DNA of 64,000 bases from Candidatus Pacearchaeota archaeon (GCA_050303855.1 JBNLCO010000004.1:7581-71580); one strand, 5' to 3'. Positions 33,966 to 43,928 are shown, counted from the first letter of the stretch. Numbers and translations are program-made. Notes: generated by a model from the sequence alone, not told the origin.

Positions 33966-34125
33966 TCTGTTTTTTAGCGACTCTAGCTTTGTTTTCTTCT
34001 CTTTGTTTTTCTTTCATCTTTTTTCGAGCTTCTTTTTCTTCTGCGCTCATAGGTTTCTTACCTCTTGCTAGACGCCTATTCATTCCTCTTTGCTTATTAG
34101 CTTTTGGTCTTCTTTTATTTCCCAT
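33958..34125 (-). CDS. possible 55-aa highly basic protein
   Basis: My translation is MGNKRRPKANKQRGMNRRLARGKKPMSAEEKEARKKMKEKQREENKARVAKKQIK*. It is below the track cutoff and fills an otherwise empty 250-nt gap. Confidence 0.3.
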   Translation of the reverse strand: MGNKRRPKANKQRGMNRRLARGKKPMSAEEKEARKKMKEKQREENKARVAKKQIK

Positions 34126-34216
34126 TATTTTTTTAGAAAACTTGCCTATTTAGATGTTTGCTTTGAAATTATTGGTTTTTCAACACCTATAAATAATCTT
34201 TTTTTATATTGTTTTT

Positions 34217-34462
34217 ATGGAAAAGACTTGGTATGTTTATATTCTTGAGTGTATGGATGGTTCTTTCTATACTGGTGTGACTAATGATATTGATTCTAGA
34301 ATGAAGGCCCATGCAAAGGGTAAAGGTAGTAAATATGTTCGTAAAAAAGGTTTCAAAGAACTTCTTAGGGCTAAACCTTGTAAAGATAAGTCAGATGCTT
34401 GCAAATGTGAATATTTCATAAAGAAGCTACCTAGAAATGAGAAATTGACTTGGTTTGATTAA
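34217..34462 (+). CDS. GIY-YIG nuclease-superfamily small protein
   Basis: WYVYILECMDGSFYTGVTNDIDSRMKAHAKGKGSKY. Confidence 0.85.
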   Translation: MEKTWYVYILECMDGSFYTGVTNDIDSRMKAHAKGKGSKYVRKKGFKELLRAKPCKDKSDACKCEYFIKKLPRNEKLTWFD

Positions 34463-34665
34463 TGCATAGTCTTATAAACCTCCATTTTGATCATATTATG
34501 TAGCAAATAGAATATGTTAGCGAGTCTTGAGCGGGAATTGTCTCTTATGACTTGCACTCAGGAATCAAAGTATAGTAATATAGTAAATTTCTTGAATATT
34601 GGATTTTTGTTAACTATCTGGCTTTGCCAGTTGAATATAGAATGGATGGAGAAAAACAAATAAAA

Positions 34666-34857
34666 ATGAAAGGAAAAGTTAAGTTTTTTAATTTAGAGAA
34701 GGAATTCGGTTTCATAACTGGAGATGACGGAAAAGATTATTTCGTTCATAAGTCTGGTCTTGAAGATGGATTAACTATTGATAAAGACGATTCTGTAGAG
34801 TTTTCTGTTGAAGAAGGCGATAGAGGATTAAAAGCAGTTAAAGTGTCAAAAGCGTAA
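34666..34857 (+). CDS. csp: cold-shock domain protein (CspA family)
   Basis: MKGKVKFFNLEKEFGFITGDDGKDYFVHKSGL carries RNP1/RNP2-like motifs. The ATG at 34666 gives the typical ~63 aa. Confidence 0.85.
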   Translation: MKGKVKFFNLEKEFGFITGDDGKDYFVHKSGLEDGLTIDKDDSVEFSVEEGDRGLKAVKVSKA

Positions 34858-34875
34858 ATTTGTATAGTTCTTAAA

Positions 34876-36258
34876 ATGGAAAAGTTCACAGCATTAGGAT
34901 TAAGTAAGGAATTAACAGATGTTCTAAAACAAAATGGTTTCAAAGAACCTTCTGAAATTCAATCAAAAACAATACCTTTAGCTTTAGCTGGGAGAGATGT
35001 TATAGGAGGATCTTATACGGGTTCTGGTAAGACTTTAGCTTTTGCTTCTTCTATTATTGAGAATTTAAGGCCTGGAAACCAAATTAAGGCTTTGGTTTTA
35101 ACACCTACAAGAGAACTCGCAGAACAAGTTGCAACTTCAATAAGGAATTTTGGTAAAAATAAGAATCTTAATGTTTTAGCAGTTTATGGTGGAGTAAATA
35201 TTAATTCTCAGATGAAGAAGATTCCTTTAGCAGATATTCTTGTTGGAACTCCTGGGAGAATTATAGATCACTTAAATAGGGGCTCTTTGAGATTAGGGGG
35301 AGTTAGATTTTTGGTTTTAGATGAAGTAGATAGAATGTTTGATATGGGATTTAGAAAAGATGTTGAAAAAATAATCCATGAATGTCCAAAAGAGAGACAA
35401 ACTATGTTATTTTCAGCTACTATTTCTCCAGATATAGATTATCTTTCTAAAAAATACACTAAGAATCCTGTTGAAGTTTCTGTAAAGTCTTATGTTGATC
35501 CTTCTAAACTTAAACAAGTATATTATGATGTTCCCGATTACCAAAAGTTTTCTTTACTAGTTAGTTTATTGAAGAAAGAAAATTCAGATCTGGTTATGGT
35601 CTTTTGTAATACTAGAAGAAATGTTGATTTTGTTACAACTAATCTGTCCAAATCTGGGATAAATGCAAAGGCAATACATGGAGGTATTGATCAGAATAAG
35701 AGGATAAGGGTTTTAGAGGAGTTTCATAGAAAAGGTCTTGGGGTTTTAGTTTGTACTGATGTTGCAGCTAGAGGTTTGGATATAAAAGGAGTTAGTCATG
35801 TGTATAATTATGATGTTCCTGAGGATCCTAAAGATTACATCCATAGGATAGGTAGAACTGCCAGAGCTGGAAAAGATGGAAAGGCTGTAATGATTTTGGC
35901 TAGTAGAGATTATGATAATTTTAGATATCTGATGAGAACTCAGGATATTGATATTGAAGCTTTAGAATTGCCTGAGATCGAGAGTGTTAACATAAAGATC
36001 AACACTCCTAGAGGAAATAATAGATTTATTAGAGGATCAAAGAAAGACGTTAGTCGTGGAAGAGGATTTGATAAAAACCCTGATAGGGAATCTAATCGAG
36101 AAAGATCTCCAAGATCTAGTGGAAGAAGTTTTGGTGCTCGGAGAGATAGTAGGGATTCAAGAAGACCTAATTCAGGAAGAAATAATGGTTTTAGAGGTAG
36201 AAGTAATTCAAGATCAAATGGTCCTAGAAGAAGTTTTAGTGCTAGGCCTAGATATTAG
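34876..36258 (+). CDS. DEAD-box ATP-dependent RNA helicase with Arg/Ser/Gly-rich C-terminal tail
   Basis: Q-motif region, GSGKTLAF, VLDEVDRM, SAT and HRIGRTARAG. The tail is RGRGFDKNPDRESNRERSPRSSGRSFGARRDSRDSRR.. Confidence 0.9.
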   Translation: MEKFTALGLSKELTDVLKQNGFKEPSEIQSKTIPLALAGRDVIGGSYTGSGKTLAFASSIIENLRPGNQIKALVLTPTRELAEQVATSIRNFGKNKNLNVLAVYGGVNINSQMKKIPLADILVGTPGRIIDHLNRGSLRLGGVRFLVLDEVDRMFDMGFRKDVEKIIHECPKERQTMLFSATISPDIDYLSKKYTKNPVEVSVKSYVDPSKLKQVYYDVPDYQKFSLLVSLLKKENSDLVMVFCNTRRNVDFVTTNLSKSGINAKAIHGGIDQNKRIRVLEEFHRKGLGVLVCTDVAARGLDIKGVSHVYNYDVPEDPKDYIHRIGRTARAGKDGKAVMILASRDYDNFRYLMRTQDIDIEALELPEIESVNIKINTPRGNNRFIRGSKKDVSRGRGFDKNPDRESNRERSPRSSGRSFGARRDSRDSRRPNSGRNNGFRGRSNSRSNGPRRSFSARPRY

Positions 36259-37182
36259 TTATTCCAAATTATTTTTTATTTTTATTCTGTATGCTTCAGC
36301 ATCTCCTGCTCCAATGTAAATGTCGATTGTTTCATCTTCATTAATGTTTAGGCCTCCTGGGAAGATCACATCTTTTAGATTCTGATTTTTTGATTGTCCT
36401 TCTTGTATATCTTTTCTTTGAAATAATATCTTTATTTTAGAATGCTCCCTTGTCTCTGGATTAATTGTGAAATACATAGGATAGTAGGATAGACTTTCAT
36501 CTGGATTTTTTCTCGCAATATGTCCTAAAACAAACAATTCTCCTTTACTTAATAAATGGATTTCATTTGCTCCTCCCCATTCTTCATCGCTAAAATGAGA
36601 AAGTAGGGGCGCTTTACTTAGTATTTCATGGGAAAGTTCATCTAAAGAGTTTATAACTGTAAATCCTATTTTCCCTCTTCCTGCGATATTTCCTTGAGGT
36701 CTCGAGAATATTGCTATTTTGTTATTTGGTAGTTCTATGAATCTGATATCTTTCATTTTCCATGGCCCTTCAAAAATTCTCTTTGGTTCTTTTAGATTTT
36801 CTATTTCATATAAAACTGTCCTATAGTTTAGGGTGTTTTCTGGATCAAATTCATGAGCTTTATCCATTTTTATTACTTCTACACATCCAAGCATTAGTTT
36901 GTTATTAATTTTTGATATAAAGGGGTCTTCAGAATTTTCTAATGGTGGAAAGTTCTCTTCTGGAACCCAAATTTCATTATTTTTCTTGAAAAGAAATACT
37001 TTTGATAGTTCTGAATTATCTCTTGGTTCAACTCTTCCAAACAAATATTCTTTATTATCTATTTTAAACTTCTTACTTATATTGTAAACGTCTTTGTTAT
37101 TTATATCCTTGAATCTTAGTTTTTCGGATATAATTATTTCTGTTTTTGGAGATTCACTCATTATTTCTTTTATACTTTTCAT
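36259..37182 (-). CDS. beta-propeller-like protein, possibly DUF1861 / glycoside-hydrolase related
   Basis: Family recalled from overall pattern only. It is adjacent to GH130-like and GT4 genes. Confidence 0.4.
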   Translation of the reverse strand: MKSIKEIMSESPKTEIIISEKLRFKDINNKDVYNISKKFKIDNKEYLFGRVEPRDNSELSKVFLFKKNNEIWVPEENFPPLENSEDPFISKINNKLMLGCVEVIKMDKAHEFDPENTLNYRTVLYEIENLKEPKRIFEGPWKMKDIRFIELPNNKIAIFSRPQGNIAGRGKIGFTVINSLDELSHEILSKAPLLSHFSDEEWGGANEIHLLSKGELFVLGHIARKNPDESLSYYPMYFTINPETREHSKIKILFQRKDIQEGQSKNQNLKDVIFPGGLNINEDETIDIYIGAGDAEAYRIKIKNNLE

Positions 37183-37256
37183 ATCAATTTTTGTTCGCTT
37201 TTCTTTAAATCTTTTATTATAATAATGCTTAAAAGGGCAGAAAATGTGTTGTTTTT

Positions 37257-38426
37257 ATGGGAAATAGAATTTCTCCTAAACCTTTTCTTCGAAAAGTAAT
37301 TGCTTCACCGGAGGATTATAATCCTCTATCTGATAAATGTCAGGTTTTAGGGTCTTTTAATCCAGGGGCAGTTATGGTTAAGAATGATGAGGGAGATTTG
37401 GAAACACTGCTTATGGTAAGAGTTGCAGAATCTCCTAAAACAAATCTTACGAGTAATTATAGCGATAGAGTCTTTTTGCCTTACTTTAATATTCATAATA
37501 AGGTAAATCAACAATTGGAGATGAAGTTTGATGAAGTTTTAGATAAAGATATCTTATCTGAAGGTAAGAAAGAAGTGAGAATAAAGAATGGTACTTTTAG
37601 ACTTAAACATATATCTCTTCCAAGGTTTTTGCATTTAGATGACAAGGGGGATGTACTAAGTAGAGAACAAAATCCAGCTTTGTATCCTGCTTTTGAATAT
37701 GAACGGTTTGGTATGGAGGACTTTAGGATTACTCCTTTTGAAGATGGCAGGTTTATTTTAACTTACGTTTCTCCTCATAGGGATTTTGGAGTTTCAACAC
37801 CTTTCTTAATAACAAATGACTTTAAGGAATACAAGCATTTTCCTGAAGATAACACTCCAAGGCCTATAATGACTGGGATAAAGGATGTAATCATCTTTCC
37901 TGAAAAGATTCCTAGCCCTTCAAAGACCGAGATAATTCAGAAAGGTCAAAAAATGTATGCGGGTTTCATAAGACCCAATGCATTTTATGATGTTAGTAAA
38001 CCAGGGGTTTGGGTTTCTTATTCTCCTGATTTAGTTCATTGGGGACAGGATCATAGATTGACTATTTCTAAAAATGGGGAGACTACTGGTTCTGGTACTC
38101 CTGCTATAAAATTAGGAAAATCATGGATTTCTGCTTACCATGAGACTAACCATAATAATAAGGGAGAGGGTGTCTACAAAACAAAACTTATGAGAATGAA
38201 TCATAATGAGCCTTGGAAAAATTTTAAGTCTTCGGGAGTTCTTTTGGATAGGAAGGATTATTTGGATCTTCTTCCAAGATCAGGTTATGTTCCTAATGTG
38301 GTTTTTACTTCGGGGATAACAAATAAGGATGGGATTGTTACGTTGTATTCGGGTATTGATGATACTTGGACTGTCATGGATAAGTTTTATGAAGAGGACT
38401 TGGTTAAATTTTTAAATAAATCTTAA
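37257..38426 (+). CDS. GH130-like glycosidase/phosphorylase (DUF377-type)
   Basis: SFNPGAVMV and GMEDFRITPFEDGRFILTYV are typical of GH130 beta-propellers. Confidence 0.6.
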   Translation: MGNRISPKPFLRKVIASPEDYNPLSDKCQVLGSFNPGAVMVKNDEGDLETLLMVRVAESPKTNLTSNYSDRVFLPYFNIHNKVNQQLEMKFDEVLDKDILSEGKKEVRIKNGTFRLKHISLPRFLHLDDKGDVLSREQNPALYPAFEYERFGMEDFRITPFEDGRFILTYVSPHRDFGVSTPFLITNDFKEYKHFPEDNTPRPIMTGIKDVIIFPEKIPSPSKTEIIQKGQKMYAGFIRPNAFYDVSKPGVWVSYSPDLVHWGQDHRLTISKNGETTGSGTPAIKLGKSWISAYHETNHNNKGEGVYKTKLMRMNHNEPWKNFKSSGVLLDRKDYLDLLPRSGYVPNVVFTSGITNKDGIVTLYSGIDDTWTVMDKFYEEDLVKFLNKS

Positions 38427-38481
38427 TTTAATAGTAATAAATCACGAGAAAATTTATAAATGGATCTCTATCTGAATTTGT

Positions 38482-39570
38482 ATGGACAAACAAATTAATT
38501 ATTTGAGGAAATTGACTGATGATTTTGGAATTATTCAATTTTCCAATAAAGACAATCCGGATATAAAGACTGGTTATACTATTGATGATGTTTCTAGAGC
38601 TTTAATTGTTTCTTCAAAGTTAGGTTTGGAAGATCTTTCTAAGACATATTTTGATTTTATCAAAAATGCTCAAATTGGGGATGGAAGGTTTGTTAATGTT
38701 TATTCCGGGGAGAGAAAACCTTTAGAGAAAGTTGGAAGTGAAGATTCTTTTGGAAGAACTTTGTGGGCTTTGGGAGATTATATGGATAATACTGGAAAAG
38801 GGGAGGAAGTTTCTTATAAAGCGGTAAAGGCACTTGAGGATCATGGTGTTCATTGGCCTATTTCTGAATCTTTTGCTTTGTTAGGTTTGACTAAAATGTA
38901 TGATTTGGGATTTGAGAAAAAGAAAACTGGAGATTTGATTGGTAAATTAGGTAATTCTTTGGTTGGTAGGGCAAAATCGCATTTTGGTCCAGGATGGTTT
39001 TGGGTTTCTGATGAAATGTCATATGAAAATGCAAGAATTCCTCAGGCTTTGTTAAGATCTGGACAATCTATCGAAAATATGAATTTCTATGATTATGGTG
39101 AAGCTTTCAGAACCTTCTTGGCTCAAAATGTATTCGAGAGGGATTCTAATGGAAATGAATTCTTGAATGTTATAGGAAATAATACTAGCGGTTTAGAGGG
39201 AACTTGGTATAAGAAAGGGTTTGTTAAACCTAAATTTGATGAACAACCAGTTGATGCGGGAGGCATGGTCGAATTATATTTGGATCGTTTTAATATTAAG
39301 AGGAATTCTGGTGATCTTGATTGGGCAAAAATATCTCTAGACTGGTTTAGTGGAAGGAATAGATTGGCGTTAAATATGATTTCTCCTGAAGGAGGGGTTT
39401 ATGATGGGCTTAATGAGGATAGAGTTAATCCTAATCAGGGAGCGGAGTCTTTGTTAGCATATATGATGGCTAGATCTAAATTTGATGAAATTGTGGGTAA
39501 AGATTTATATAATAATGGTAATGAAAGAGAAGAACAATTAAAAATTAATGAAAATGGACAGAGAAAATAA
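38482..39570 (+). CDS. hypothetical protein of the glycan cluster
   Basis: 362-aa ORF between the GH130-like and GT4 genes. No motif recognised with confidence. Confidence 0.45.
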   Translation: MDKQINYLRKLTDDFGIIQFSNKDNPDIKTGYTIDDVSRALIVSSKLGLEDLSKTYFDFIKNAQIGDGRFVNVYSGERKPLEKVGSEDSFGRTLWALGDYMDNTGKGEEVSYKAVKALEDHGVHWPISESFALLGLTKMYDLGFEKKKTGDLIGKLGNSLVGRAKSHFGPGWFWVSDEMSYENARIPQALLRSGQSIENMNFYDYGEAFRTFLAQNVFERDSNGNEFLNVIGNNTSGLEGTWYKKGFVKPKFDEQPVDAGGMVELYLDRFNIKRNSGDLDWAKISLDWFSGRNRLALNMISPEGGVYDGLNEDRVNPNQGAESLLAYMMARSKFDEIVGKDLYNNGNEREEQLKINENGQRK

Positions 39571-39571
39571 A

Positions 39572-40912
39572 ATGGCATTTGATATTTATACTGTGAGCAG
39601 TTATGCACCAAGACCTTGCGGTATCGCTACTTTTACTAGAAGTTTTCTTGGAGGTCTGAATTCTTATACGGGGGAGATTGGTTCTAAATATGTTTTTGCT
39701 ATAGATAATGCTTCTGAATCTGAGATAAGTTATGACCCTCTTGTTGAGAGTGTTATCGATCAATCTGATTCTAATTCCTGGGTTAGAAATGCTGGAAAAT
39801 TGTTAGTTAGATCTTCTGAAAGAAGGCCTAGAAAGCCAGTGGTTGTTTTGCAGCATGAATTTGGATTGGATGGAAAAGATGCTAAGGGAGGTAATTATGT
39901 TACCTTTGCTAAAATAATGAATTCTGCAAATGTTCCTGTTTATACTTATTTGCATACTGTTTTGGATGAACCTAATAAACATCAATTAAAGACTACCCAA
40001 GACCTTGCTAATTATTCTGACAGGCTTATTGTTACAACTGAAAGTGCGATTGATATTTTATCTGAAAAATATGGTATTGATCCTAATAAAGCAAAACATA
40101 TAGATCATGGTATTAGGATGCTTAATCCTTCAAAATATAGTAGGGAAGATATGAAGAAAAAGTATGGTGTTGAAAAGAAAGTTGTTTCTACGTTGGGTTT
40201 GAAATCTTTGAATAAAGGTTTGGATTATGGTTTGGAAGCTTTTTCTAAGTTTATGGGTGATACTTCAAATAAAGACGTAACTTATTTGATTGCAGGACAA
40301 TTTCATCCTGGTTTTGTAAAGCAGGATGGAGGTAGATATTATCAGGAATATACCTCTAAACTAGAGAATATTGTTAAGAAATCTGGACTTAAATCCGTTA
40401 ATTTAGAGAATCTGGAACAGGATTCTGATTTGGGAGAGGCAATTAATAATAATGCCGTTGTTTTCTTAGATAAATTCCTTGGAGAAGATTTATTGTTGGA
40501 GCTTTACGGTTTGACTGATGTTAAACTTCTTCCCTATAGAAATCCTCAACAGATTTCAAGTGGTATTTTAGCTGATACGATTGGTTCTGGAAGGACTGCC
40601 ATTTCCACAAAATTCCTTTATGCTTTGGATATGCTTTCTGATGATCCAAAAAAAGCTAAGGAAAAAGGTTTATTTGTAGATGAGGTTAGGGGTAGAGGAA
40701 TTTTGGTTGATCTAAACAAGGGAGAAGATAAGTATTTGTCTGATCCAGATGTGGAACAAATGGCGGAAGGTATTGATTACATGGTTTCAAATGACAAAGA
40801 AAGAATTGATATGGAAAGAAGGGCTTTTGAGAGAGGTCATAGGATGAGATGGGATATTGTTGCTGGAGATTTTATTAGGGATGTTCAATTTCTAGATAAT
40901 CTTAGAAAGTAA
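39572..40912 (+). CDS. glycosyltransferase (GT4 / group 1-like)
   Basis: SSYAPRPCGIATFT at the N-terminus and a GT-B-like C-terminal half. The ATG at 39572 follows the previous stop. Confidence 0.7.
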   Translation: MAFDIYTVSSYAPRPCGIATFTRSFLGGLNSYTGEIGSKYVFAIDNASESEISYDPLVESVIDQSDSNSWVRNAGKLLVRSSERRPRKPVVVLQHEFGLDGKDAKGGNYVTFAKIMNSANVPVYTYLHTVLDEPNKHQLKTTQDLANYSDRLIVTTESAIDILSEKYGIDPNKAKHIDHGIRMLNPSKYSREDMKKKYGVEKKVVSTLGLKSLNKGLDYGLEAFSKFMGDTSNKDVTYLIAGQFHPGFVKQDGGRYYQEYTSKLENIVKKSGLKSVNLENLEQDSDLGEAINNNAVVFLDKFLGEDLLLELYGLTDVKLLPYRNPQQISSGILADTIGSGRTAISTKFLYALDMLSDDPKKAKEKGLFVDEVRGRGILVDLNKGEDKYLSDPDVEQMAEGIDYMVSNDKERIDMERRAFERGHRMRWDIVAGDFIRDVQFLDNLRK

Positions 40913-40914
40913 AT

Positions 40915-41160
40915 CTATTTTATTTTTTTAAAATTATATTTTTTTAGTTTTATTTCTTCTGTAATTTTGAATGCATTATGTACTTGTATGGAAGTGTTGT
41001 TTGAATTTGGATCTTGAACTATTTTTTCTAATTTTTCCTCAACGACTTGGTTTATTTCTTCGCCATTTTCTAGCATCAAACGAATATAATCCTCTTTAGA
41101 CTGGGGAATGTCCATGTGGTTTCTTGAATTTAGTGTGTAGTGAACAATATAATCTGCCAT
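40915..41160 (-). CDS. hypothetical protein
   Basis: 81-aa ORF with an ATG start. No domain recognised. Confidence 0.4.
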   Translation of the reverse strand: MADYIVHYTLNSRNHMDIPQSKEDYIRLMLENGEEINQVVEEKLEKIVQDPNSNNTSIQVHNAFKITEEIKLKKYNFKKIK

Positions 41161-41251
41161 GGTATTTTTAGGAATACTTTGTTTAAATAAATGATTGTGT
41201 TGTATTACTTGTTTCTAAAAATCTATAAAGTATATTTTCTTGTTTTTTGGT

Positions 41252-42094
41252 ATGGTAAAGCCAAGATATAGTTTTTCATCAAGACATACAAGAAATGTAT
41301 CCAATATTAGAAAACAAAAGAAAAAATATCCTTCTATAGCTGAGACTATAATTGAGAATTCAGATATTATTTTGGAGGTTCTTGATGCTAGATTTACAGA
41401 AGAAACTAGAAATAAGGAGTTTGAGAAACAGATATTTGATAAAAGAAGGAGGATTATTTATGTTATTAACAAATCTGATTTGGTTTTAAAGAGAAATTTG
41501 GATAAAATTCATTTGTATCCAAGAGTTTTTGTTTCTTGTACTAAAAGGAAAGGCATTGCTGATTTGAGGAATTTAATAAAGAGAGAGGCTAGGGAAGTAG
41601 AGAATATCATTAATAAAGATAAATCTGGGAAGGTAACTGTTGGAATTATAGGTTATCCTAATACGGGTAAGAGCTCTTTGATAAATATTCTTGTAGGTAA
41701 GAGCTCTGCTGGGGTTTCGGCTCAATCTGGTTTTACAAAAGCTTTACAAAAATTAAGGTTAACTGAAGAAATCCAGTTATTGGATAGTCCAGGGGTTATA
41801 CCTGAAAATGAGTATTCTAATATTGATAAAATTAAGATTGCTCAGCATGCTAAATTAGGTGCTAGGGATTATAGCAAGGTTAGAGATCCTGAAATTGCTA
41901 TTGCTGAACTTATGAGAGATTATTCGAAAGCGTTGGAGAGTCATTATAAGATTAAGAGTGAAGGGGATTCTGAAATGTTTATTGAGAATTTAGGTAAGAA
42001 AAAAGGATTTTTCAAAAAAGGCGGAATTGTTGATGAAGATAAAACTGCAAGGTTTGTTTTGAAAGAATGGCAAACTGGTGAGATTAAGATTTAG
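41252..42094 (+). CDS. circularly permuted GTPase (YlqF/RbgA-like ribosome-biogenesis GTPase)
   Basis: G4 NKSDL precedes G1 GYPNTGKSSLIN and G3 DSPG. The ATG at 41252 is downstream of the TTG used by the track. Confidence 0.8.
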   Translation: MVKPRYSFSSRHTRNVSNIRKQKKKYPSIAETIIENSDIILEVLDARFTEETRNKEFEKQIFDKRRRIIYVINKSDLVLKRNLDKIHLYPRVFVSCTKRKGIADLRNLIKREAREVENIINKDKSGKVTVGIIGYPNTGKSSLINILVGKSSAGVSAQSGFTKALQKLRLTEEIQLLDSPGVIPENEYSNIDKIKIAQHAKLGARDYSKVRDPEIAIAELMRDYSKALESHYKIKSEGDSEMFIENLGKKKGFFKKGGIVDEDKTARFVLKEWQTGEIKI

Positions 42095-42245
42095 CTGTTT
42101 CGTATGTTCTTGGAGTATAGCATGGGCACTTCTTGTTTTCTTGGGGATCGTAATTACATATCTTACAATCTCCAGCGTATTTTTTCCCTGGAAAGTACCC
42201 TTTTTGTAATGAAATCTGGTTTAGACACCTCTCGATTGTTCCCAT
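42084..42245 (-). CDS. possible 53-aa Cys-rich small protein
   Basis: My translation is MGTIERCLNQISLQKGYFPGKKYAGDCKICNYDPQENKKCPCYTPRTYETAKS*, with CxxC and CxC pairs. It is the alternative to the implausible plus-strand ORF 42104..42301. Confidence 0.3.
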   Translation of the reverse strand: MGTIERCLNQISLQKGYFPGKKYAGDCKICNYDPQENKKCPCYTPRTYETAKS

Positions 42246-42325
42246 TTTTATTAGTCTCTTTGGAGGTATTTAACCATTATTCTTTTTGGAGATATATATA
42301 AAAATTCTATATTTGTATATTCCTT

Positions 42326-43498
42326 ATGGTTTTGTCAAAAAAGAGGGAGGGGATATCTTCAAAAGTCAAAGAATTAGGTCTAGTCAATTTGGTTATTTCC
42401 TTGGCTATTGCTCTTGTTGGAACTATTTGGGCTATTTATTTTGAATCACTTACACATAATGCCTCTCAGGTTGGTTTTATCAATACTTTGTTCGGTTTGG
42501 TGGGAATAATCTCTTTTTTGGTATTTATTCCTTTGATTGAGAGGAGTAGTAAGACTCGTATTCTTGCTTTTGTTATTTGGATGTATCTTGTTTCTTACTT
42601 TTTGTTTTATTTTGTTAAGGATTTAGGTTTAGCTATTTTGTTGGGTGTTGTTCTGTATATTGTTGGTTCCTTAAGAGTAAATGTTTCTGGAATAATTCTG
42701 AGGGATAAATCTAAGGACGGCCAGGTTTCTGAGAATACTGGTTTTATGTATGTTTTGTTTAATCTTGCTTGGCTTATTGGTCCTTTGGCTGCAGGTTTCA
42801 TATCCCAGAAATATGGAATAAATTTTGTTTTTATTGTTTCTGGATGTCTTATGCTTTTAGGGTTTATTTTGTTAAAGAGATTTAAGATTAAAGATGATAG
42901 GAAAACTAGGAATGTTGAAAATAATATCTTTAAATTGGTTAAAAGTTATTTTTCTCATAGGAAATTTATATTGAGTTATTTCGTTAGTGGAGGTATTTCG
43001 TTTTGGTGGGCTTTTATTTACATTTATATTCCAGTATATATTATTGAATCTGGTTTGAATGATCTTGTTGTAGGTTATTTTTTGGCTGGAATAATTGCCC
43101 CTTTGATTTTGTTGGAGTATCTTTTTGGTAAGACTGCTGGAAAAGTTGGTTTTAGGAAGATGTTTGTAAAGGGTTATTTGATCCTTTTTGCTGTGGCTGT
43201 TTTATGTTTCTTTATCAATGATCTTATGGGAATTCTTGTTCTATTGGTTTTAGGAAGTGTGGGGGCAGCAATGCTTGAACCCACGACAGAAGCTCATTTC
43301 TTTAGTATAGCTTCAAGAGAGGAACGTGATAAGTATTATGGAGTCTATAATACAGCCATCGACCTTAATTATATGGTTTCTTTGCTTTTAGTTGCGATCT
43401 TGCTTAGATTTTTAGAGTTTAAGTATTCGTTCATTTTAATTGGAGTGTTTATGTTAATATTCGCTTTGGTTTCTTTGAAGGTTAAAGATAAGAATTAA
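42326..43498 (+). CDS. MFS-type transporter
   Basis: About 12 hydrophobic helices arranged 6+6 around a basic central loop. Confidence 0.75.
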   Translation: MVLSKKREGISSKVKELGLVNLVISLAIALVGTIWAIYFESLTHNASQVGFINTLFGLVGIISFLVFIPLIERSSKTRILAFVIWMYLVSYFLFYFVKDLGLAILLGVVLYIVGSLRVNVSGIILRDKSKDGQVSENTGFMYVLFNLAWLIGPLAAGFISQKYGINFVFIVSGCLMLLGFILLKRFKIKDDRKTRNVENNIFKLVKSYFSHRKFILSYFVSGGISFWWAFIYIYIPVYIIESGLNDLVVGYFLAGIIAPLILLEYLFGKTAGKVGFRKMFVKGYLILFAVAVLCFFINDLMGILVLLVLGSVGAAMLEPTTEAHFFSIASREERDKYYGVYNTAIDLNYMVSLLLVAILLRFLEFKYSFILIGVFMLIFALVSLKVKDKN

Positions 43499-43908
43499 TT
43501 TATATCGCCTTTTTCTATTAGGAAATAAATGTTGGGGGCCACATTGTGTTTCTTTTGTTTGATTTCTTCTATGTCTAGCCAAGTTACTTCTTTTATCGGA
43601 GGCATCGGTTTTAGGTCTTCTTTGTTTGTTAATTTTGCAAGATAGTGGATCAATATTATGCACATTTCGTCTTTTGTTTGCGGATTTTTCCAGAGTATCA
43701 TTGGATGGAGAGGTTTAATTATCTCTATCTCTCCGTTGTTTTCTTCTTTTGTTTCTCTATGGCATGCTTCCTCTAAATCTTCTATTCCAGTTTCTACAGT
43801 TCCTCCGGGAAGTTTATAGAATTCATCTTTGTCATCTTTATTAACAAGCAATTTACCCCCTTCAAGTATTACAGGTCCAGATGCAACAATATATTTTCCT
43901 TCTGCCAT
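43495..43908 (-). CDS. Nudix hydrolase
   Basis: Nudix box LPGGTVETGIEDLEEACHRETKEENNGEI. Confidence 0.8.
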   Translation of the reverse strand: MAEGKYIVASGPVILEGGKLLVNKDDKDEFYKLPGGTVETGIEDLEEACHRETKEENNGEIEIIKPLHPMILWKNPQTKDEMCIILIHYLAKLTNKEDLKPMPPIKEVTWLDIEEIKQKKHNVAPNIYFLIEKGDIN

Positions 43909-43928
43909 GTTTGTTTATGTTTTTTCTA

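Noticed and set aside
42104-42301. 65-aa plus-strand ORF after the GTPase gene
   Set aside because: It has no recognisable features. The opposite strand carries a more protein-like 53-aa Cys-pair ORF, and even that I rate as low confidence.
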